Below are positions 19,827 to 29,407 of a stretch of DNA of 64,000 nucleotides, piece by piece. Where the stretch lies: sequence record NZ_AP019725.1; one strand, written 5' to 3'. Both the position numbers and the translations under genes were made by a program. Positions within the stretch are counted from its first letter, which is position 1, and the number at the start of each line of letters is the position of its first letter. The notes under the pieces were generated by a model that did not search any database, had not been told where the DNA came from, and worked only from the letters and a program-made list of their open reading frames with translations. This stretch comes from a plasmid.

Positions 19827-20597
19827 ATGGACTTTTTAAATAAATTCAGTTTGAAGGGCAAGACAGCTCTTGTAACAGGTTGTAAAAGAGGAATAGGTAA
19901 AGGTATGGCAGTAGCTTTGGCTGCTGCAGGTGCTGATATTATCGGTGTTAGTGCTTCATTGGAGCCAAAAGGTAGCGAAGTTGAAAAAGAAGTTAAGGCT
20001 TTGGGTCGTAACTTTAAAGGATACACTTGTGACTTTAGCGACAGAGACGCATTGTATGATTTTATCAATAAAGTTAAGGCTGATTTCCCTGTAATTGATA
20101 TTTTGATTAATAATGCAGGTACTATATTGCGCAAACCGGCAGCCGAACACCCTGACGAGATGTGGGATAAGGTTATTGCTACAAATGAAACAGCTCAGTT
20201 TATTCTGACACGTGAAATCGGAAAGGATATGGTGGCAAGAGGCAATGGTAAAATTGTATTTACAGCTTCTTTGTTGACCTTCCAGGGAGGTATAAATGTA
20301 CCGGGTTATGCTGCAAGTAAAGGTGCTGTTGGTCAGTTGACTATGGCTTTTGCTAATGAATGGGCTGGTAAAGGTGTAAATGTAAACGCTATTGCTCCTG
20401 GTTATATTGCTACCGACAATACAGCTGCTTTGCGTGCAGATTCAGTACGTTCTGAGCAGATTCTTACTCGTATACCTGCCGGACGTTGGGGTACTCCTGA
20501 AGATTTCGGTGGTCCGGTGGTATTCCTTTGCTCAGAAGCTTCTGCTTATATGCATGGAACAATCATGCTGGTTGACGGTGGCTGGATGGGTAGATAA
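19827..20597 (+). CDS. SDR family oxidoreductase, KduD-like (2-dehydro-3-deoxy-D-gluconate 5-dehydrogenase type)
   Basis: TGCKRGIGKG cofactor motif and YAASK catalytic motif. Start set at internal Met MDFLNKF. Confidence 0.8.
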   Translation: MDFLNKFSLKGKTALVTGCKRGIGKGMAVALAAAGADIIGVSASLEPKGSEVEKEVKALGRNFKGYTCDFSDRDALYDFINKVKADFPVIDILINNAGTILRKPAAEHPDEMWDKVIATNETAQFILTREIGKDMVARGNGKIVFTASLLTFQGGINVPGYAASKGAVGQLTMAFANEWAGKGVNVNAIAPGYIATDNTAALRADSVRSEQILTRIPAGRWGTPEDFGGPVVFLCSEASAYMHGTIMLVDGGWMGR

Positions 20598-20629
20598 TAT
20601 TGTTATAAATACTATTTTTTGAAATACTT

Positions 20630-22075
20630 ATGAAGACATATCAGCAATATATTAATGGTGCGTGGGTCGCACCATTAAATGGAAAATATACTGAAGTTTA
20701 TAATCCTTCGGACGACTCAGTTGTCGGAATGGTTGCAAACGGTGATGAGAAAGATGCCGATCTTGCTTTACAGGCAGCACAGGCAGCTCAGAAATCATGG
20801 GCAAAACTAACAGCCAGAAGAAGAGCCGAAATACTTTATGCCTTTATTGAAGAAATAAAGAAAAATAAGGAAGAACTTGCCAAAATGATTTCTACAGAGC
20901 AAGGAAAACTGTTCAAGGTTGCTCAGTTTGAAGTTGATGTTTGTTGTTCTTTTATTGCATATGCATGTGAATGGGCAAGAAGGATAGAAGGCGATATTGT
21001 CCCTTCAGATAATCCTAATGAACATCTTATGATTCAGAAAATTCCGCGTGGTGTGGTAGTGGCAATTACAGCATGGAATTTCCCATTGGCTTTGGCAGGC
21101 AGAAAGATAGGTCCTGCTCTTGTAGCTGGTAATACAATTGTTGTAAAACCTACTACTGAAACCCCTATTGCAACATTGATGTTGGGTGAGATGGCCAAAA
21201 AGGCTGGTGTTCCTGATGGCGTTCTCAATATTATTACCGGTTCAGGTAGAGTTATGGGTACAGCTTTGGTTGAAAATCCTATTACCAAAATGGTCACTAT
21301 GACTGGTAGTACTCCGGCAGGTCAGGCCATTTACCGTTCTGCGGCTAAGAATATTATCCATGTTCAGTTGGAGTTGGGAGGAAAGGCACCTTTCATCGTA
21401 TTCGATGATGCTGATATTGATGCGGCTGTTGATACGGCACTTTCTTCTCGTTTTGATAATTGTGGTCAGGTTTGTACATGTAATGAACGCCTGTATCTTC
21501 ACGAGTCGATATATGATGAATTTATGGCTAAATTCATGGAAAAAGTTAAAGCGATTAAGGTTGGCGACCCATTCGATCCAACATCTGATATGGGACCAAA
21601 GGTCAACAAGAATGAGCTTGAACACATGAAACAGCTTGTAGAAATCAGTTTGAAAGAAGGAGCGACACTGGCATGTGGAGGTAAAGTTCCTGAAGGTGAG
21701 CAATTCCAGAAAGGTAACTGGTTTGAACCTACAGTTCTTACTGATGTGAAACAAAATATGACAATCGTACACGAAGAGTCTTTCGGACCTATACTCCCTG
21801 TTCTGAAATTCTCCGACTATGATGAAGTAATCAATTATGCTAACGATTGCGAATACGGTTTGGCCGCTATGGTATTTACTAATGATCTTAACCGTGTCAT
21901 GAAGTTAAATACCGATCTTGAGTTCGGAGAAATTTACGTAAACCGTCCTCATGGTGAATTGCATCAGGGATTCCACAATGGCTACAAGCTGAGTGGAGCT
22001 GCCGGTGAAGATGGCAAGTATGGTTTCGAACAGTATCTTGAGAAGAAAACATTCTATATCCGTTATAAAGAATAA
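20630..22075 (+). CDS. NAD(P)-dependent aldehyde dehydrogenase; candidate 3,6-anhydro-L-galactose dehydrogenase
   Basis: ALDH family ([15 protein letters not shown], catalytic Cys in GQVCTC). 481 aa. Confidence 0.8.
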   Translation: MKTYQQYINGAWVAPLNGKYTEVYNPSDDSVVGMVANGDEKDADLALQAAQAAQKSWAKLTARRRAEILYAFIEEIKKNKEELAKMISTEQGKLFKVAQFEVDVCCSFIAYACEWARRIEGDIVPSDNPNEHLMIQKIPRGVVVAITAWNFPLALAGRKIGPALVAGNTIVVKPTTETPIATLMLGEMAKKAGVPDGVLNIITGSGRVMGTALVENPITKMVTMTGSTPAGQAIYRSAAKNIIHVQLELGGKAPFIVFDDADIDAAVDTALSSRFDNCGQVCTCNERLYLHESIYDEFMAKFMEKVKAIKVGDPFDPTSDMGPKVNKNELEHMKQLVEISLKEGATLACGGKVPEGEQFQKGNWFEPTVLTDVKQNMTIVHEESFGPILPVLKFSDYDEVINYANDCEYGLAAMVFTNDLNRVMKLNTDLEFGEIYVNRPHGELHQGFHNGYKLSGAAGEDGKYGFEQYLEKKTFYIRYKE

Positions 22076-22079
22076 TAAG

Positions 22080-23174
22080 ATGTCACATATTATTAAGTCT
22101 GTTAAAACGCAATTGTTTCAAGTACCATTGGATGAGGTACTTGCCGATGCAAAGCATGGAAATCATTTCTATTTTGAGCTAATAACAGCGACAATAAAAT
22201 TAGAAGACGGAAGTGAAGGCACTGGTTATACCTATACCGGTGGTAAAGGAGGCTATTCAATCAAGGCCATGATTGACAATGACCTGATTCCTGCACTTAT
22301 AGGAAAGGATGCAGACAATATAGAAGAGCTTTACGACATGATGCAATGGCATATTCATTATGTTGGTAGAGGTGGTATTGCTTCATTCGCAATTTCTGCA
22401 GTTGATATAGCTTTATGGGATTTAAGATGTAAGCATGCCGGTCAGCCATTATGGAAGATGGCTGGTGGAGCTTCAAACAAATGTAAGGCATATTGTGGAG
22501 GAATAGACCTTCTGTTCCCTTTGGACAAACTTCTGAAGAATATCGATGGCTATCTGAAAGCAGGTTTCAATGGTGTTAAAATAAAGATTGGTCGCGAAAA
22601 TCCTGATGAAGATGTTGAAAGAATCAAGGCTGTAAGAGAGTTTATCGGACCTGACATTACATTTATGGTTGATGCAAATTATTCCATGACAGTAGAGCAG
22701 GCAATTGATATGGCAAACCGTATCAAGCAATACGATATAACCTGGTTTGAAGAGCCTACAATTCCTGACAACTATAAAGGCTACGCTCAAATCACTGATG
22801 CAACAGGCATGCCTCTTGCCATGGGTGAGAATCTTCACACCATACACGAGTTTGAATATGCTATGGAACAGTCCAAACTGAAATATGTTCAGCCTGATGC
22901 ATCAAACTGTGGAGGTATAACAGGATGGCTTCAAGCAGCCAAACTTGCTGAAGAACACAACGTAACTGTATGTTCGCATGGAATGCAGGAACTGCATGTA
23001 AGTCTTGTATCATCACAGAGACATGCCGGTTGGATAGAAGTCCATAGTTTTCCGATAGACCGTTATACGCGTCGTCCGCTGGTAGTTCAGGATTGTATGG
23101 CTATAGCGTCAGATGAACCGGGTATTGGAGTAGAGTTCAACTGGGAAATGCTTGAACCATACAAGAAGCTTTAA
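22080..23174 (+). CDS. Enolase-superfamily (mandelate racemase/muconate lactonizing) enzyme; candidate 3,6-anhydro-L-galactonate cycloisomerase
   Basis: MR/MLE-like metal-ligand region (VKIKIG...FMVDAN...WFEEP). Start at Met 22080, 5 nt after the ALDH stop. Confidence 0.75.
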   Translation: MSHIIKSVKTQLFQVPLDEVLADAKHGNHFYFELITATIKLEDGSEGTGYTYTGGKGGYSIKAMIDNDLIPALIGKDADNIEELYDMMQWHIHYVGRGGIASFAISAVDIALWDLRCKHAGQPLWKMAGGASNKCKAYCGGIDLLFPLDKLLKNIDGYLKAGFNGVKIKIGRENPDEDVERIKAVREFIGPDITFMVDANYSMTVEQAIDMANRIKQYDITWFEEPTIPDNYKGYAQITDATGMPLAMGENLHTIHEFEYAMEQSKLKYVQPDASNCGGITGWLQAAKLAEEHNVTVCSHGMQELHVSLVSSQRHAGWIEVHSFPIDRYTRRPLVVQDCMAIASDEPGIGVEFNWEMLEPYKKL

Positions 23175-23275
23175 TATCTTCTTTTCTCAATGAGGCTATA
23201 TCAAACATTATATTTGATATAACCTCATTGGTGTTATCAAAAGAATATAACTTAATAACTTTAAAACTATGATAT

Positions 23276-24319
23276 ATGAAAATACGAAAAGAGAGATTTG
23301 GCTCCGTCGAAGGAATGGAAATCACATTATATACACTTGTTAATGATAATGGTGTAGAAGTCTCTGTAATGAATTATGGAGCAACTGTTACGTCTGTCTT
23401 ATTGCCTGTTGGTAATGGAAATAAAAGGAATATAGTTTGTGGTTTTGACACCCTCGAAGGCTATTTTTCCGATGAGTTTCTTTCTAATGCACCTTATTTC
23501 GGAGCTACAATTGGCCGTTATTGCGCCACCATTCAAAATGCGTCCTATGATGACGTGAAACTTTCAGCAAATGTAAACAATACCCATTGCCTTCATGGAG
23601 GTGTGCAGGGTTTTGATAAAAAAGTATGGGGTGTTATCGGATGCGATAGCTTTGAAAATGAAAGCTCTATAACATTGAAGTATTTCTCTCCCGATGGTGA
23701 ACAGGGGTTCCCTGGTAATGTAACAGCGGTTGTTATCATTGCTCTTAATAATAATAACGAATTAAGTTTCAGATATGAAGCGGATACAGATAAGCGTACA
23801 CCACTATCCATGACTAACCATACATATTTCAATCTTTCGGGATTTATGGAGAATGTAGAAGGCCATAATGCATATGTTGCAGCAAGTAATGTATTGCCAA
23901 TGAATCCTTCAGGCAGTGTAGAAAAGAATATTATTTACATATCTGGCAGCAGCGTCGACCTTCGTAGTTCAAGGAATATAGGTCAGGTTCATAATGAGAT
24001 AAATGATGGTTTTGAGCACTTCTATATGTTTGATAAGGGATTTACTGATGTTCCGGAGAAGGTTGCCGAGATTAATTGCCCTTCTAGTAATGTAAGTATG
24101 GAAGTTCTGACGACAGAAGAAGGAATGCTCCTGTATACAGCCAAATATACTTCGTCTTCATTACAAAGAAATGAAAGTGAGAAATATGGTAAGTACTGTG
24201 CCTTTTGTTGTGAGACACATAGAGTACCTAATGGTCCTAATTTAAAAGATGCAAATAAGGTTTTTACCGACAGGGGTGAGAAATTTGAGAGTCATACAAT
24301 ATTTAAATTTAATTTTTAA
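23276..24319 (+). CDS. Aldose 1-epimerase (galactose mutarotase-like)
   Basis: Mutarotase-type sequence (TNHTYFNL, HGG). 347 aa. Confidence 0.75.
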   Translation: MKIRKERFGSVEGMEITLYTLVNDNGVEVSVMNYGATVTSVLLPVGNGNKRNIVCGFDTLEGYFSDEFLSNAPYFGATIGRYCATIQNASYDDVKLSANVNNTHCLHGGVQGFDKKVWGVIGCDSFENESSITLKYFSPDGEQGFPGNVTAVVIIALNNNNELSFRYEADTDKRTPLSMTNHTYFNLSGFMENVEGHNAYVAASNVLPMNPSGSVEKNIIYISGSSVDLRSSRNIGQVHNEINDGFEHFYMFDKGFTDVPEKVAEINCPSSNVSMEVLTTEEGMLLYTAKYTSSSLQRNESEKYGKYCAFCCETHRVPNGPNLKDANKVFTDRGEKFESHTIFKFNF

Positions 24320-24331
24320 CAGAATAAGATT

Positions 24332-25354
24332 ATGATAAATGGAATATTATGGGCTGTAGGAGCCGGAATTATGTTGGGCTTGTATGCTTTGCCTGAGAAA
24401 TATATTAAAGGTTATAAATATGAGAATACCTGGTTTCTGTTTTTTTTCCTGGCATTGATAGTAATGCCTTTGGTGTCTTCATTTTTATTGATAGACAATT
24501 TTTGTGATGTTCTCGCATCATTGCCTTCGAATGTACTTTATCTCATGGTACTGACATCTTTTCTTTGGGGAATGGGAGTGCAGCTATGGAGCAAGGCAAT
24601 AGATTATATAGGAGTTTCATTGGGTTTCTCAATATTTATAGGTTCTGTAATATTGGTAGGTTCTATTTTGCCATTCATTGTCGACGGATTGCCTTCTGAA
24701 AATGCTTTATGGTATATAATAATAGGTCTTATAATCATTCTTATAGGAGTAGTATCAAACGGGCGTGCCGGTATACTTCGAAAAGAAAGTTCGGAACATA
24801 AAGATTCAATGGAACAACTTTCGTCTGGCAAGACTTTGCGAGGAATATTCATAGCTCTTATAGGTGGTCTTTTAGCTACAGGTTTCAGTCTGGCAAACGC
24901 TGTAGGTAATGCTCCTATTACAGAGGCTGTTGTAACACAGGGAAATCCCGAATGGATGAGTGCTATAGCAATAATGTTCATTATATATCTTTCCGGAGCT
25001 CTTTATGCTATTCCTTATTTTGTAATTAAATTGTGTAAGAATAAGACGTGGGGTCTGTTTAAGAATGAATACTGTTTGTCTAATTTCTGGATGGCATTTG
25101 TAATGGTATTTTTGAATTATACTGCTTCTGCATCTTTTGCGTACGCTGCTTTTTCTTTAGGTTCGGCAGGCAATACAGTTGGTTATGCCATTTATAATAC
25201 AGTATCTGTCCTTCTGGCGGTGATAGGCGGACTTCTTACTAAAGAGTGGGCTGATGCTCCTAAAAAAGCGAAGGGATTATTGTATTTTGCTCTTGTTGCT
25301 ATGTTGCTGGGAGTGGTTCTCATTGCAATGGGTAATGCGGTAAATGTGAAATAG
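24332..25354 (+). CDS. RhaT-like sugar:proton symporter (10 TM)
   Basis: Polytopic membrane protein with two homologous halves, L-rhamnose/proton symporter-like. Confidence 0.55.
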   Translation: MINGILWAVGAGIMLGLYALPEKYIKGYKYENTWFLFFFLALIVMPLVSSFLLIDNFCDVLASLPSNVLYLMVLTSFLWGMGVQLWSKAIDYIGVSLGFSIFIGSVILVGSILPFIVDGLPSENALWYIIIGLIIILIGVVSNGRAGILRKESSEHKDSMEQLSSGKTLRGIFIALIGGLLATGFSLANAVGNAPITEAVVTQGNPEWMSAIAIMFIIYLSGALYAIPYFVIKLCKNKTWGLFKNEYCLSNFWMAFVMVFLNYTASASFAYAAFSLGSAGNTVGYAIYNTVSVLLAVIGGLLTKEWADAPKKAKGLLYFALVAMLLGVVLIAMGNAVNVK

Positions 25355-25413
25355 CAAGTAATTCATTCTGACAATAAATTAACTTTATTTATTAATATTA
25401 AAAATAATAGACG

Positions 25414-26433
25414 ATGAAAATTGTAACTTTTGGAGAAATAATGCTTAGATTGTCTACACCAGGCAATACACGTTTTGTTCAATCAGATTCCTTTGATGTT
25501 GTTTATGGCGGCGGTGAAGCAAATGTAGCTGTAAGTTGCTCAAATTACGGACATGAAACTTATTTCGTTTCTAAGCTCCCTAAGCATGAAATAGGGCAAT
25601 CTGCAGTAAATGCACTTCGTAAATATGGTGTTAGAACCGACTATATAGCTCGTGGTGGTGATCGTATAGGTATATATTATCTTGAAACTGGGGCCTCTAT
25701 GCGTCCAAGTAAAGTTATATACGACCGTGCAAACTCTGCAATCTCTGAGGCAGAACCATGTGACTTTGACTTTGATGCTATTATGGAAGGAGCAGACTGG
25801 TTTCATTGGTCTGGTATTACCCCAGCCATTTCTGATAAAGCTGCCGAGTTGACTAAACTTGCTTGTGAGGCTGCTAAGCGTCATGGTGTTACAGTCTCAG
25901 TAGACCTTAATTTCCGCAAGAAACTTTGGACTAAAGAAAAGGCTCAGTCCATTATGCGTCCATTGATGCAATATGTTGATGTATGTATTGGAAATGAAGA
26001 AGATGCAGAACTTTGTTTAGGATTCAAGCCTGATGCCGATATAGAAGGAGGCAAAACAGATGCAGAAGGATACAAAGGTATTTTTACTGCAATGGCCAAA
26101 GAGTTCGGATTCAAATATGTAATCTCTACTTTGCGTGAATCATTCTCTGCTACACATAACGGATGGAAAGCTATGATTTACAATGGTGAAGAATTCTATA
26201 CATCAAAACGATACGACATTAATCCGATTATTGACCGTGTAGGTGGTGGAGATTCTTTTTCTGGTGGTATTATCCATGGCTTGCTTACTAAAGCAACTCA
26301 GAGTGAGGCCTTGGAGTTTGCAGTTGCAGCTTCGGCTTTAAAACATACAATCAATGGAGATTTCAACTTGGTATCTATTGAAGAAGTTGAAGCTTTGGCT
26401 GGTGGTGATGCAAGCGGACGTGTACAAAGATAA
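25414..26433 (+). CDS. kdgK: 2-dehydro-3-deoxygluconokinase (PfkB family)
   Basis: PfkB motifs GGGEANVAV and DRVGGGDSFSGG. Typical Bacteroides KdgK length. Confidence 0.75.
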   Translation: MKIVTFGEIMLRLSTPGNTRFVQSDSFDVVYGGGEANVAVSCSNYGHETYFVSKLPKHEIGQSAVNALRKYGVRTDYIARGGDRIGIYYLETGASMRPSKVIYDRANSAISEAEPCDFDFDAIMEGADWFHWSGITPAISDKAAELTKLACEAAKRHGVTVSVDLNFRKKLWTKEKAQSIMRPLMQYVDVCIGNEEDAELCLGFKPDADIEGGKTDAEGYKGIFTAMAKEFGFKYVISTLRESFSATHNGWKAMIYNGEEFYTSKRYDINPIIDRVGGGDSFSGGIIHGLLTKATQSEALEFAVAASALKHTINGDFNLVSIEEVEALAGGDASGRVQR

Positions 26434-26513
26434 TTCGATAGATTGATCATTATATTTTTAAATTAAGATAATAAAAACGAGCAGATTTGATAAAGTAGCA
26501 GTCTTTAATAAAA

Positions 26514-26915
26514 TTGCTTCAGAATGATATGCTATACTATAATTTCAATAACTACGAAGAATTCAAGGAATTATTCGGATTAGTAAAACATGGGAATGGA
26601 GTAAAAAGCAGAAAGAACAAGATTCTGTTGAGCTTCAAAAAGAACAGGAAACTTTTGCATGATGCGGTAGTTTCCGGAGATTATTCACTGGTTCATATAT
26701 CAGATATGGCGACAATGAAGAAACTGGTGACTGATGAGATTATAAAAAGCAGCAATGACAACATGAAGCTTTCTTATGTTGTAGACCTGATGGGAAAAAG
26801 GTACTATAGTTCAACCTATTCAACTGACGGAAATAAAGGCTTGTGTGAGGATGGAGACACAAGAGCAGTCAGATATATCAATATGGAAAATAACTTTGCT
26901 GAGAAAATTTATTAA
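26514..26915 (+). CDS. Hypothetical protein, 133 aa
   Basis: Low-GC ORF between kdgK and GH2. No recognisable motif; possibly a remnant. Confidence 0.3.
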   Translation: MLQNDMLYYNFNNYEEFKELFGLVKHGNGVKSRKNKILLSFKKNRKLLHDAVVSGDYSLVHISDMATMKKLVTDEIIKSSNDNMKLSYVVDLMGKRYYSSTYSTDGNKGLCEDGDTRAVRYINMENNFAEKIY

Positions 26916-26928
26916 AACGAAAAATATA

Positions 26929-29388
26929 ATGAAAAGACTTCTAGGTACAATTATCCTGTTGCTCATTCTGGGTAACACAATAAACGCAGTAACGGATGGT
27001 ATCTCCTTCAACGAAAACTGGCGCTTCTTTAAAGGTGAAATAAAAGGAGCCGAAGCTATATCGTTCGATGATGATTCGTGGAGAAAACTTAACTTACCTC
27101 ATGACTGGGCAATAGAAGGTCCGTTTGACAGCAAGTACAATGCAAGATGCGGCGGACTGCCATTTCATGGTACTGGCTGGTACAGAAAGACCTTCATTGG
27201 GGATGCACAATGGAAGGACAAAATTGTAAGAATTGGCTTCGACGGAGCAATGAGCGAAGCTAAGGTTTGGATAAACGGAGTTAAGGTGGGCGAACATCCT
27301 TACGGATACACCGGGTTTGAGATAGACATAACAAAGTATCTAAAAATAGGTGAAGAAAACGTATTGGCTGTACAGCTTACTCCGCGAGATCTGTCATCAA
27401 GATGGTATCCCGGTGCGGGTATCTATAGAAATGTATGGTTAAGAGTAGACAACAAGGTTTACATACCCGAACACGGAGTATATGTAACAACTCCTACTGT
27501 CACTAAGTCAAAAGCTGTAGTACAGATAGAAACAACTGTGAAAAACGCAACATTCGGCAATGGGAAATTTAATATCAGGCATAGCATTATCAACGCTCAG
27601 GGGGAAACGGTAGCAATATTAAATGATAATGTTGAAGTAGCTGCCGGGGAGCAGGGAAAAACTCTTGCATATATAAATATGTTGAATCCTAATATCTGGG
27701 GACAGAAAAATCCATATATGTATAAGCTGAAGACAGAAATATATGATGGAAAAGACCTTACAGATACATATTTTACCGACTTTGGTATCCGTAAAATATG
27801 TTTTACGAAAGACGGATTTTTCCTAAACGGTGAAAAAATAAGATTTAACGGAGTATGTCTTCATCACGATAACGGTCCAATGGGAGCTGCAGTCAACGTT
27901 AGAGCAGATGAAAGAAAGCTTCAGATTATGAAGGAAATGGGTGTGAATGCTATTCGTACATCACACAACCCTCCTTCACCGGAATTTCTTGATTTGTGCG
28001 ACAGAATGGGACTTGTAGTGCTTGATGAAGCCTTCGACGAATGGACAAAGGCTAAAGTAGACAACGGTTATCACCTGTATTTTGATGAGTGGAGTAAAAA
28101 AGACCTTACAAGCCTCATAATGCGCGACAGAAACCATCCGTCGGTAATAATGTGGAGTATAGGGAATGAAATTCTTGAGCAAAGTGATAAGAAAAAAGGA
28201 TTTACAGTAGCAAAATATCTTGCAGATATTTGTCGCGAACTTGATCCTACACGTCCAAGTACATGTGGGTTCAGCTATTACCCTGCCCCATTCGACAACA
28301 ACATGGCACAGCAGGTAGACATTGCTGGAATGAATTACAAACCAGGCAAATATGCTGAAGTTCAAAGACTATATCCTGATCTTCCATTATATGGCTCGGA
28401 AACTTCCTCGTGTACAAGTAGCCGTGGAGTTTATCACCTACCTATAGAGAAATATGAGAAAAACGGCACAAATCAGGTTACAAGCTACGACCTTATCGGT
28501 CCCAAATGGGCATACCCACCTGATATAGAGTTCCATTTCCAGGAAATGAACCCACGCTTTATGGGGGAATTTATATGGACAGGATTTGACTATCTGGGCG
28601 AACCGACACCATACGGAGGCAGAGATAATTCAACCCATGGATACTGGAATGACGACTGGCCTTCAAGATCATCATACTTTGGAGCAGTGGATTTGTGCGG
28701 TTTGCCTAAAGACAGATTTTACCTATATCAAAGCCAATGGACAGATAAACCGATGGTTCATATACTTCCTCATTGGAACTGGAAAAAAGGAATGAACATA
28801 CCTGTATATGTTTACACCAACTGTTATGAGGCAGAACTTTTTCTTAACGGAAAATCATTGGGCAAAAGGGTAAAAGGAAGAGACCTAACTGAAATTATGG
28901 TGTCGTTTAATCATTATGCCCCTAACACATTCCAGTCAAAATATCGTCTCTCGTGGGATGTTCCGTTTGAACCGGGTGAACTTACAGTAAAGGCATACAA
29001 TAATTTAGGTGAACTAAAGGCAGAAAAAACAATCAGAACAGCAGGTAAACCAGCTCAAATCAAACTTATACCAGACAGAAAGGTAATAACTGCCGATGGC
29101 AAAGATCTGTCATATATTACTGTAAGAATTGAAGACAGAGACGGTAATCTATGCCCTGAGGCAGACAATCTGGTAGAATTCAGTGTTGAAGGTGCAGGAC
29201 ACTTTAGAGCTGTAGGAAACGGTAATGCTGCAACAACGGAGTCGTTCATAGAACCCAAAAGAAAAGCATTCAGCGGTATGTGTATGCTAATTGTTCAGTC
29301 TGACGAAAACAAGCAAGGAAAAATGAATATTACCGCCACTTCTAAAGGACTTAAAACAGCTAAGACAACAATAAATGTAGAACTTTAA
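26929..29388 (+). CDS. Glycoside hydrolase family 2 (beta-galactosidase-like)
   Basis: Signal peptide MKRLLGTIILLLILGNTINA. Motifs NLPHDWAIEGPF, GTGWYRK and WSIGNE. It is a paralog of 12425..14971. Confidence 0.85.
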   Translation: MKRLLGTIILLLILGNTINAVTDGISFNENWRFFKGEIKGAEAISFDDDSWRKLNLPHDWAIEGPFDSKYNARCGGLPFHGTGWYRKTFIGDAQWKDKIVRIGFDGAMSEAKVWINGVKVGEHPYGYTGFEIDITKYLKIGEENVLAVQLTPRDLSSRWYPGAGIYRNVWLRVDNKVYIPEHGVYVTTPTVTKSKAVVQIETTVKNATFGNGKFNIRHSIINAQGETVAILNDNVEVAAGEQGKTLAYINMLNPNIWGQKNPYMYKLKTEIYDGKDLTDTYFTDFGIRKICFTKDGFFLNGEKIRFNGVCLHHDNGPMGAAVNVRADERKLQIMKEMGVNAIRTSHNPPSPEFLDLCDRMGLVVLDEAFDEWTKAKVDNGYHLYFDEWSKKDLTSLIMRDRNHPSVIMWSIGNEILEQSDKKKGFTVAKYLADICRELDPTRPSTCGFSYYPAPFDNNMAQQVDIAGMNYKPGKYAEVQRLYPDLPLYGSETSSCTSSRGVYHLPIEKYEKNGTNQVTSYDLIGPKWAYPPDIEFHFQEMNPRFMGEFIWTGFDYLGEPTPYGGRDNSTHGYWNDDWPSRSSYFGAVDLCGLPKDRFYLYQSQWTDKPMVHILPHWNWKKGMNIPVYVYTNCYEAELFLNGKSLGKRVKGRDLTEIMVSFNHYAPNTFQSKYRLSWDVPFEPGELTVKAYNNLGELKAEKTIRTAGKPAQIKLIPDRKVITADGKDLSYITVRIEDRDGNLCPEADNLVEFSVEGAGHFRAVGNGNAATTESFIEPKRKAFSGMCMLIVQSDENKQGKMNITATSKGLKTAKTTINVEL

Positions 29389-29407
29389 ACTTATAAAAAC
29401 TATAAAA

